DNA of 44,372 nucleotides from Candidatus Fermentibacterota bacterium. GTDB taxonomy: Bacteria > Fermentibacterota > Fermentibacteria > Fermentibacterales > JCC-6. A program made the position numbers and the translations under genes. Positions 1 to 7,473 of the stretch are shown here, piece after piece; positions within the stretch are counted from its first letter, which is position 1; each line of letters begins with the position of its first letter. The stretch covers positions 1-44,372 of the forward strand of contig QNDS01000001.1 in the NCBI GenBank assembly GCA_003644925.1, read 5' to 3'. The notes under the pieces were generated by a model. The model worked only from the letters and a program-made list of their open reading frames with translations, had not been told where the DNA came from and did no database searches.

Positions 1-537
1 CTTCCTCTGGTACTGGACGCTGATGCCCTGAATGTAATTGACGACCCGGCTAAGATCTTTAAGAGATACAAAGGGCCGCTGCTGATAACACCTCATCCGG
101 GGGAAATGGCCAGACTTGCAAAATGCGACCCTTCAGATATCACCAGCAGATCAAGGGCTGCTGCTGAACTTGCAGAATCAGCCGGGATCACCGTTGTGCT
201 TAAGGGCAGACCAACAGTGGTTTTCTCTCATGACGGACACTCCTGCACAATACCTGCGGGCAACAGCGGCATGGCCACTGGCGGAAGCGGTGATATCCTC
301 ACGGGGATAGCAGCATCTCTTCTTGCCCAGGGCATGGAACCCTTCGATGCAGGAATACTTGGAGTATTCGTGCATGGCCTGGCTGCGGATATGGCGATTG
401 AGAATTCCTCAGAGAGGTCTCTCATTCCCTCTGATATAGCTTCCTTCCTTGGAAAGGCTTTTCGCGTAATAGAAAAAGGCGGCAACAGTGATCTTCTTAC
501 CTCCGGAGGCAGGTGGAACAGTGACTATGATTACTAG
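1..537 (+). CDS. nnr: NAD(P)H-hydrate dehydratase domain (Nnr/YjeF C-terminal carbohydrate-kinase-like), 5' partial
   Basis: Frame 1 is open from base 1 (LPLVLDADALNVI..TPHPGEMARL..GNSGMATGGSGDILTG). These are typical YjeF_C motifs. Stop TAG at 535-537. Confidence 0.85.
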   Translation, partial: LPLVLDADALNVIDDPAKIFKRYKGPLLITPHPGEMARLAKCDPSDITSRSRAAAELAESAGITVVLKGRPTVVFSHDGHSCTIPAGNSGMATGGSGDILTGIAASLLAQGMEPFDAGILGVFVHGLAADMAIENSSERSLIPSDIASFLGKAFRVIEKGGNSDLLTSGGRWNSDYDY

Positions 538-1081
538 AGAAAAGGCCCTTGAACTGCTCGAAGAGAACCTCGGCAACAGGAACCTGATCCGGCACTGTCT
601 GGCGGCAGAGGCCGTCATGCGTTCGCTGGCGGAAGACAGGGGTGAGGACGTTGATCTATGGGGCATTACCGGCCTGCTGCATGATCTGGACTACGAAAAG
701 ACTGTCGATGACCCCGCAAGACATGCGCTTGTTACCGCCTCCATGCTCGATGGAGAGCTTCCTGAGGAAGCGATACACGCCATAAAATCACATAACTCTG
801 AGAATAACGGTATCGAGAGATCGTCGGGTTTCGATTATCTTCTTGCGGCAGGAGAATCCATAACCGGCCTGATAGTCGCTGTCGCCCTTGTATATCCCGA
901 TAGGAAAATCCAGCCTGTAAAACTGAAATCAGTCCTGAAAAGAATGAACATGACCGCCTTCGCAAGGTCGGTACCGAGGGATACCATCAGAGATTGCTCA
1001 AAAGCAGGATACGAGCTGGACGAATTTGTGCGTCTTTCCCTTGAAGCGATGAAGGGCATAGCTTCGGATATAGGTCTTTAA
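527..1081 (+). CDS. HD-domain metal-dependent phosphohydrolase
   Basis: MITREKALELLEE..IRHCLAAEAVM..LLHDLDY has the H...HD signature. ATG 527 follows GGAGG at 503-507 and overlaps the nnr stop. The track ORF 488 start is probably an upstream extension. Confidence 0.75.
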   Translation: MITREKALELLEENLGNRNLIRHCLAAEAVMRSLAEDRGEDVDLWGITGLLHDLDYEKTVDDPARHALVTASMLDGELPEEAIHAIKSHNSENNGIERSSGFDYLLAAGESITGLIVAVALVYPDRKIQPVKLKSVLKRMNMTAFARSVPRDTIRDCSKAGYELDEFVRLSLEAMKGIASDIGL

Positions 1082-1094
1082 CGCAGCATACCGG

Positions 1095-1676
1095 CTAATT
1101 CCCGAAGAGTTCCCTGCCCTTCCTGAATGCCTCGAGGTTTACTTCTAATGCCTTCGGGGGCACCCGATCCTCTATAGCCCGCTTCCAGTGCGCCTCATCG
1201 ATAGGCAGATGGGTTGAAACCGCCCCTATCAGTACGACATTCACTACCCTGAGGTTGCCGAGTTCCTCAGCGATCTCAACTGCAGGAATGAGGGTTACCG
1301 GAAGGTTCTCCTTTTCAATTATCTCGTTCACGTCCGGATATACTGCATGCCCTGTATTCACAGTCATGGGAGTGATCTCAAGATCGCAGGCTACAAGCTT
1401 GCCGTGGGGAGCAAGGTAGGGAGACCATCTGAGGCTCTCCATCTTCTCCATCGCAAGGATGAGGTCCGCGCAGCCTTTTTCCACCAGGGGACTGTTTATC
1501 TTTTCTCCGAAACGGACATGGCTTGATACGCTCCCGCCGCGCTGGGACATTCCGTGGACTTCGCTCTTCTTGACATCATTCCCAGCATGCAGGGCTGCCG
1601 CGCAGAGGATTTCACTCGCGAGGAGTATTCCCTGGCCGCCGGTTCCGCAGATGATAACATTGGTTACGGATTTCAT
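1095..1676 (-). CDS. iorB: indolepyruvate:ferredoxin oxidoreductase beta subunit
   Basis: MKSVTNVIICGTGGQGILLASEIL is the typical IorB N-terminus. Its ATG overlaps the iorA TGA (ATGA at 1673-1676). The track ORF start at 1739 is an upstream extension. Confidence 0.85.
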   Translation of the reverse strand: MKSVTNVIICGTGGQGILLASEILCAAALHAGNDVKKSEVHGMSQRGGSVSSHVRFGEKINSPLVEKGCADLILAMEKMESLRWSPYLAPHGKLVACDLEITPMTVNTGHAVYPDVNEIIEKENLPVTLIPAVEIAEELGNLRVVNVVLIGAVSTHLPIDEAHWKRAIEDRVPPKALEVNLEAFRKGRELFGN

Positions 1677-3457
1677 GTCTGTCCTCCCATATCCTTGGAG
1701 ATGGCATCTACGGGGCATACCTGAACACACATATTGCAATCAGGCCAGCAGAGGTGTTTGCTTATCTCGGGCTTTTCGCCGTCCCAGCTTATGGCGGGAC
1801 ATCCAAGCTTCATGCACAGTTTGCAGCTTATGCATTTCTCCGGATCTACAACCGCTATGCCTTTTCGAATCGGCTTGTAAGCCATTATGCATGGTCTCCG
1901 GGTTATTATTACGGAGAGTTCATCACGGTTCATTTCCTCTTTGAAAACCTTCTCCATTTCCGGCAGATCGTGTGGATCAACAACACGTATATGCTTTACT
2001 CCGCACGCATTAACCAGTTTTTCCAGGTCAAGAACGGGAGCGGGTTCTCCACGGAGATTCTTTCCTGTGGTAGGGTTTTCCTGCCCTCCTGTCATAGCGG
2101 TAAGACTGTTGTCCATGATCATCACTGTCCCGGTATTCCCGTTATAGACCATATCTATAAGTCCGGTTATTCCCGAATGGACGAAAGTTGACTCGCCTAT
2201 GGCAGCAACGAGTTTCCCCATTCCTTCCCTGCCTACGGCCTTTTCAATTCCCGCGAGAACACCAATGGACGCACCCATGCATACCGTTGTTTCAAGCGCG
2301 TTATGAGGAGGCATCAGGCCCAGAGTATAACAGCCTATATCTCCGGTTGAACTGCCTCCAAGTTTGCTCAGGCAGTAGAAAGCCCCTCTGTGGGGGCATC
2401 CGGCACAAAGAGCCGGAGGCCGCGCCGGGAGCTGTATCTCGCTGAAGGTTATTTCCTTGGTTGTGCCGGGGTGAACCGCTTTCCTTACGATCTGGGGGTT
2501 CAGTTCTCCCTCAAGCGGAACGATGTTTTTTCCATCAGCCTCTATGAGGAACCGGGCTTTTATATTCTCCTCGAGGTAGGGGTCGTTCTCCTCAACAAAG
2601 ATAATCCTGTCCACCATGTTTATGAACTTCTCTATAAGATTCCAGGGCAAAGGATTAGCTATGCCTATCTTGAGCACGCTGGCCTCGGGGCTCACTTCCT
2701 TTACGTACTGGTATGATATTCCGCTTGTGATTATGCCAAGGGATGTATCTCCCTCTTCAATTCTGTTCAGAGAACATTCCGAACCCCAGGCGGAAATATC
2801 TACAAGCCTCTGCTCAACCCTGCTGTGCATCGCTCTGGCGTGGGCGGGAATAGGAACTCTTTTCTTTATATCCCCCACGTAACCCTTAACGGGCACTTCT
2901 TTGCGGGGGCCGAGCGTCACCATGCTTTTTGAGTGACAGATCCTTGTTGTCAGCCGCAGAAGAACGGGTGTGTCGAAATCTTCGGAGATCTTCAGGGCCT
3001 CTCCCACCATATCCTTTGCTTCCTGGCTGTCCGAGGGTTCGAGAACAACTACTTTAGCGGCTTTCCCCATCAGTCTGTTGTCCTGCTCGTTCTGGCTTGA
3101 GTGCATGCCCGGGTCATCGGCTGATACTATTACGATACCGCCAGTCGCCCCTATGTAACTGAGCGTGAAAAGGGGGTCAGCTGCCACGTTAAGCCCCACA
3201 TGCTTCATTGCCGACAGAACCCTTGCTCCCGCGAACGAAGCGCCGGCAACAACTTCAAGCCCAACCTTCTCATTCGGGGCCCACTGAGCATCTATCTCAT
3301 CGTACTCTTCGGCGATAGTTTCAAGAATCTCGGTTGAAGGTGTTCCGGGATAGGCCGAGGCGAAGTGAACGCCGTGTTCCCAGGCCCCTCTTGCCACAGC
3401 TTCATTACCCGAAAGAAGTATTGTCCCTTCGTCTATCGTGTTCAGTTTCTTCCTCAT
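1673..3457 (-). CDS. iorA: indolepyruvate:ferredoxin oxidoreductase alpha subunit (TPP and 2x[4Fe-4S])
   Basis: 594 aa. Has the SGNEAVARGA..YPGTPSTEI N-terminus, the TPP-binding GDSTFxHSG-like GESTFVHSG motif, and C-terminal CxxCxxC..CP ferredoxin motifs. Confidence 0.9.
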   Translation of the reverse strand: MRKKLNTIDEGTILLSGNEAVARGAWEHGVHFASAYPGTPSTEILETIAEEYDEIDAQWAPNEKVGLEVVAGASFAGARVLSAMKHVGLNVAADPLFTLSYIGATGGIVIVSADDPGMHSSQNEQDNRLMGKAAKVVVLEPSDSQEAKDMVGEALKISEDFDTPVLLRLTTRICHSKSMVTLGPRKEVPVKGYVGDIKKRVPIPAHARAMHSRVEQRLVDISAWGSECSLNRIEEGDTSLGIITSGISYQYVKEVSPEASVLKIGIANPLPWNLIEKFINMVDRIIFVEENDPYLEENIKARFLIEADGKNIVPLEGELNPQIVRKAVHPGTTKEITFSEIQLPARPPALCAGCPHRGAFYCLSKLGGSSTGDIGCYTLGLMPPHNALETTVCMGASIGVLAGIEKAVGREGMGKLVAAIGESTFVHSGITGLIDMVYNGNTGTVMIMDNSLTAMTGGQENPTTGKNLRGEPAPVLDLEKLVNACGVKHIRVVDPHDLPEMEKVFKEEMNRDELSVIITRRPCIMAYKPIRKGIAVVDPEKCISCKLCMKLGCPAISWDGEKPEISKHLCWPDCNMCVQVCPVDAISKDMGGQT

Positions 3458-3473
3458 TTCCCGCCCTTCATTT

Positions 3474-4556
3474 TTATCTGTATGACTTTACTTCTTCTAC
3501 CGAGTCAAGAACTCTGAGAACACCTCTCATAAGGGCTTCCAGTTCTTCTTCTCCGGGAAAGATAATGATTTTTCCAAGGTACTCAAGGTTATGTTTCAGC
3601 CTATCGGTCATCCATTTGTTATGCGCTATGCCTCCGGTAATGACAACTGCGTCTACTTTTCCTGCAAGCGCTGCTCCCATTGCTCCGGCTTCCTTTGCTA
3701 TCTGATAAGCCATCGCCCGGAGCGCCAGATCACAATTCTCATCGCCTTCCTCAGCCCGTTTAAGAGCTTCGCCCACATGATCGGTACCGGTATAGGCCAT
3801 AAGCCCTCCGCGCCGGAGCAGCATCACTTTCATATCGTTCCAGCTGTACTCGCCTGACAGGCATAGTTTCGCAAGCCCTGTTGTCGGGAGTGCCCCGACC
3901 CTCTGGGGGCTGAAAGGACCTCCGTCGTTAGCCTGGCTTGTATCTATCATTCTGCCTTCTCTTATTGCGGTGACGGATATCCCGCTTCCGAGGTGAAGTA
4001 CAACGAGATTCAATTCTCTGAGCTCCATGTCCAGCATTTGAGCAGCCTTGTAGGCTACCATCCTGATATTAAGAGCGTGGCTGAGGCTCGTCCGCTGCAG
4101 AGCGGGAAGACCGGACAGCCTCGCTTCATCTATCATTTCGTCAACGCAAACCGGGTCAACTATATAGGGTTTAACTCCGGCTGCTTTCGCTATTCCGTGG
4201 GCCAGAAGAGCTCCGAGGTTTGACGGGTGGTCGGCCTGAAGAGTCGATCCTTCTCTTATTGCCTCGACCAGCGCATCGTTCACTTCGTAGGTTCCGCTTT
4301 GCAGGGGCTTGAACGCGCCACCACGACCGACAACAGCTGAAAGATCATTCGGGCTGTAACCTTGTTCCTCAAGAATACGAAGTATTAGGTTCCGCCTGAA
4401 ATCATGCTGCCCGAAAGTGGAATCGAATTGAGCCAGCTCCTCTGGAAGGTGTCTGATATTATCTTCAAATATCAGCTCGGTTTCCCGGAACAACCCGACC
4501 TTTGTTGATGTTCCCCCGGGATTTATCGCAAATATCAGTCTTCCGTTATCAGTCAT
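3474..4556 (-). CDS. buk: butyrate (branched-chain/acyl) kinase
   Basis: 360 aa. INPGGTSTKVGLF N-terminus and ASKHA-fold motifs (HLGSGISV, VITGGIAHN). Confidence 0.9.
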   Translation of the reverse strand: MTDNGRLIFAINPGGTSTKVGLFRETELIFEDNIRHLPEELAQFDSTFGQHDFRRNLILRILEEQGYSPNDLSAVVGRGGAFKPLQSGTYEVNDALVEAIREGSTLQADHPSNLGALLAHGIAKAAGVKPYIVDPVCVDEMIDEARLSGLPALQRTSLSHALNIRMVAYKAAQMLDMELRELNLVVLHLGSGISVTAIREGRMIDTSQANDGGPFSPQRVGALPTTGLAKLCLSGEYSWNDMKVMLLRRGGLMAYTGTDHVGEALKRAEEGDENCDLALRAMAYQIAKEAGAMGAALAGKVDAVVITGGIAHNKWMTDRLKHNLEYLGKIIIFPGEEELEALMRGVLRVLDSVEEVKSYR

Positions 4557-5478
4557 TGTTACCTCCCGATACCACTACTCCAAGGGCCAGCGAATTCAGT
4601 TTTGTGCGTGGCACATCAGATCTTGAGAGCATAACCACGGGCGCTGCAGCGCCGGCTATCAGACCGCCGAGCTCCGCGCCTGACATGTACATGAGCCCCT
4701 TTGCCAGAATATTGCCGCACGAGATATCAGGGGTTATCAGAATGTTTGCCCTTCCGGCGACTTCTCCAGTAATTCCCTTTATTGCAGCCGACTCGGGGTC
4801 CATGGCTCCATCGAGGGCAATGGGACCTGCTACAGCAAGGCCTGGGATTCCCTCTGCGGCGATTTCAGCAAACATTACCGTTTCGGGCATTTTCTCGTTC
4901 GGGACTTCAACCGCTGCAAGAAGAGCTACAAGAGGCTTTTCTGCTCCAAGTTTGGTTATCACACCGGCAGCGTTCAAAGCTATCTGCCGGGTTGCTTCTA
5001 TATCGGGTCTTATGTTCATTCCGCCATCGGAAATTATCACAAGTCTGTTCTGACTGGGTACTTGAAGTACCGCTACATGGCTGAGTATTCGACCGGTTCG
5101 CAGCCCGGTTTCCCTGTCGAGCAGCGCTTTCTGGAAGATGGAGGTTTTCAGCAGACCCTTCATCAGAATATTCGCTTCTCCTGAACGTACAAGCCTAACA
5201 GCCTCCAGTGCTGCCTCTTCAGGGTCTCCGGAGTCCACGATCTCGATTCCGCCTGGAAGTTTCCTTCCAAGTTCCCGAAGGGTTTCCCTGACCCCGGCAG
5301 CGGGCCCTACTATCACGGTTGATGCAATGTCTTCTTCGAAAGCTGTTATTAATGCCTCTATGGACGAAGCGTCGTGTCCCATGGGAATAGCGACCCTTGC
5401 ATCCGATATTCCTCTCGCGGCCTGTCTGATCTCATCGAAATTACTGAACAAGAGAACCTCCCTGATGTATGAAACCAC
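4549..5478 (-). CDS. ptb: phosphate butyryltransferase / phosphate acyltransferase
   Basis: 309 aa with PTA_PTB-like blocks (ANILMKGLLKT, ISDGGMN, MLSRSD). It overlaps the buk start by 8 nt. Confidence 0.85.
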   Translation of the reverse strand: MVSYIREVLLFSNFDEIRQAARGISDARVAIPMGHDASSIEALITAFEEDIASTVIVGPAAGVRETLRELGRKLPGGIEIVDSGDPEEAALEAVRLVRSGEANILMKGLLKTSIFQKALLDRETGLRTGRILSHVAVLQVPSQNRLVIISDGGMNIRPDIEATRQIALNAAGVITKLGAEKPLVALLAAVEVPNEKMPETVMFAEIAAEGIPGLAVAGPIALDGAMDPESAAIKGITGEVAGRANILITPDISCGNILAKGLMYMSGAELGGLIAGAAAPVVMLSRSDVPRTKLNSLALGVVVSGGNND

Positions 5479-5549
5479 TTTGCATAAATTCAGTGCACCC
5501 GATCGGTCATTGATATGATTGGAGTGGTCTCAGTCCTGTCATTTTTTGT

Positions 5550-5578
5550 ATTATGTATACTGTTCCTGCAGCAGCCAA
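5550..5578 (-). promoter_or_regulatory. candidate sigma70-type promoter for ptb-buk-iorAB
   Basis: On the minus strand: TTGGCT, a 17-nt spacer, then CATAAT, about 70 nt upstream of the ptb ATG. Confidence 0.3.
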
Positions 5579-5607
5579 GGTCACCTTTGTAGGTATGGTG
5601 GTAAAAT

Positions 5608-6309
5608 ATGACCAAACAACTGGTTAAGCACTCTTTTATCGGGGTCCTGGATGCAGCTGTTGCGTTTCTTTTCGATTTCGACGGTGTGCTGGCAGACAGC
5701 GAGCCGCTCTTCAGAAGATCATGGAATATCGCTCTTGCGCCATGGGGTCATGAAATTTCACCTGAGGATTACTGGAAGTACTGGTCTTCTCTTGGAGAAG
5801 GTCTTGAGGGCGAGATCAGAAGATACGGATTGAATGACATTGACGTTTACCTTGCAGGGAAAAGACAGAAAACTATATATGAAAATTTCGTGAATGACGG
5901 TCTTGTTCCCCTGTTCCCCGGAACAGCACGGCTTCTTGAAACGCTTTCCTCGGGTGAAATCGCTTCCAGGTGGCAATTCTGCATTGCGTCCAATACCCCG
6001 GCCAGACTCATTCGGAGCATTCTCCAGAAGGGAGGAGCGAAGATTCCGCTGATAGTCGGGGGAGATAACCTTAAGAAAAAGCCCGCTCCGGATATTTTCC
6101 TCCGGGCATCTGAGCTGCTTGATGTCAACCCCTTAACAACCCTTGTCTTCGAGGACTCCTGGAAAGGTGTAACAGCGGCCGAAAAGGGTGGTTTCATCAG
6201 CGTTCTGGTACTTAACAGTCATAACAGGAGGCTTGATATAAAAAGCGAATTCGTTATTGATAGCATACAGTTTGTTCTTGATCTTCTCATCGAAGGGAGC
6301 TTGCAATGA
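5608..6309 (+). CDS. HAD-superfamily hydrolase (beta-phosphoglucomutase-like subfamily IA)
   Basis: FDFDGVLADSEP is HAD motif I (DxDG). ASNT is motif II. Also has K..PAPDIF and FEDS. Confidence 0.8.
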   Translation: MTKQLVKHSFIGVLDAAVAFLFDFDGVLADSEPLFRRSWNIALAPWGHEISPEDYWKYWSSLGEGLEGEIRRYGLNDIDVYLAGKRQKTIYENFVNDGLVPLFPGTARLLETLSSGEIASRWQFCIASNTPARLIRSILQKGGAKIPLIVGGDNLKKKPAPDIFLRASELLDVNPLTTLVFEDSWKGVTAAEKGGFISVLVLNSHNRRLDIKSEFVIDSIQFVLDLLIEGSLQ

Positions 6310-6884
6310 ATCTTATTCTTGATGGACAGGTATTTGCATTACCATACATCAGTTTTATCGCAGGCTTGCTGTTCTGTTTGCTTGGAAGAAAGCTGCTTGG
6401 CGTAATCGTTATACTTTTCGGATTGATCATAGGATACACATGGGGCGCATCTCTGCTCGCTGGTATTATGGGTACGACCATTGCCTCTTCTCCGTGGATA
6501 CAATGGGCTGCGGGCATCACCGGCGCTGTTCTCGGGCTTGTCGCCTGGAAACTATCGATGTTCCTGATCGGAACTATAATCGGCCTGTTCGTAGCCCGTG
6601 GGTTTCTCCCGGCCGTACCCGGGGTGGCTCACGCAGGAATCGCTTTGACCTGCGGTATTCTTGTACACCTTTACAGGGAACCTGTAATTGCTCTGCTTAC
6701 CGCCATATCAGGGGGATTCATAGCCGCGGGTTCTGCTGTTATCCTGATGGACATGGTCGGTTTTCTAAGTGCGGTAGGGATACCTTCGCTTGCATCTGAT
6801 AACGCTACGCTCCTTGTTGTTATCCTGACCGGTATATTCGCCCTGACGGGTTACAAATTCCAGATGCGGGACGTCAATGCTTGA
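6306..6884 (+). CDS. polytopic membrane protein of unknown function (DUF4203/TMEM198-like by composition)
   Basis: 192 aa with about 6 Gly/Ile/Leu-rich hydrophobic segments. Its ATG overlaps the HAD stop (ATGA at 6306-6309). Confidence 0.6.
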   Translation: MNLILDGQVFALPYISFIAGLLFCLLGRKLLGVIVILFGLIIGYTWGASLLAGIMGTTIASSPWIQWAAGITGAVLGLVAWKLSMFLIGTIIGLFVARGFLPAVPGVAHAGIALTCGILVHLYREPVIALLTAISGGFIAAGSAVILMDMVGFLSAVGIPSLASDNATLLVVILTGIFALTGYKFQMRDVNA

Positions 6885-6909
6885 GGTACTGTAGCGAGGG
6901 TGGTATAAT
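6881..6909 (+). promoter_or_regulatory. candidate sigma70 promoter with extended -10
   Basis: TTGAGG (6881-6886, overlapping the preceding stop), a 17-nt spacer, then TGgTATAAT (6901-9). It lies about 40 nt upstream of SD GGAGG 6939-6943. Confidence 0.5.
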
Positions 6910-6948
6910 TTTACTTTGTGCTGATATTTCCCTTCTTTGGAGGTGCAT

Positions 6949-7473
6949 TTGGGTCAGAGACTGATCGACTACGCGATGGTTGCCATCGTAATACTGGCTG
7001 TTTTCGGGCTATTCAGACTTTCAAGAGTACTGATGCAGCGGCTTATCGGGAACCTGAGAAACAGGTATCCTCTTTTCGGGGCTGACCGGATGCTGGTTAC
7101 CGGGCTGATCTTCCTTCTTACAGGTCTGCTGTTTCTACCTGTGTTCACATCTCTTCTTGCCGTGATCAATAACGCACACCTTACCGGCGGTATAGTGTTG
7201 CATCTTGTGCTGGTTGCTGTCTCAATCGTACTTTTCAGTATAGCTGAAGACCTTTTCAGAGACTTCTCTGTATGCCACTCGGAAGAATACTGGACGATCG
7301 GCAAACATTTTAAATGTGTATCTCTGCCGTTCATTCTCTTCTGGGCGGCGGGTTCCGTTTTTATCAGTCCGCTCTTCTATTCCGGTCTGACTATCGTTCT
7401 GGCGCTTTTTTACCTTTTCGCCCTCTCCTGCAGATCCGGTGCATGCAGCGGGACCGGGGACAAATCAGGCTGA
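6949..7473 (+). CDS. membrane protein of unknown function
   Basis: 4-5 hydrophobic helices. GGAGG at 6939-6943 lies inside the track ORF start (6937), which favours the in-frame TTG at 6949. The stop overlaps the next gene (TGATG at 7471-7475). Confidence 0.55.
   Translation: MGQRLIDYAMVAIVILAVFGLFRLSRVLMQRLIGNLRNRYPLFGADRMLVTGLIFLLTGLLFLPVFTSLLAVINNAHLTGGIVLHLVLVAVSIVLFSIAEDLFRDFSVCHSEEYWTIGKHFKCVSLPFILFWAAGSVFISPLFYSGLTIVLALFYLFALSCRSGACSGTGDKSG

Noticed and set aside
7314-7472. 53-codon N-terminal extension of the GT-fusion ORF, as given in the ORF track
   Set aside because: It overlaps the end of the preceding membrane-protein gene in another frame. The conserved GT4 N-terminus (PRVLHIITKLAVGGAQ) begins right after ATG 7473, which forms a TGATG coupling overlap.
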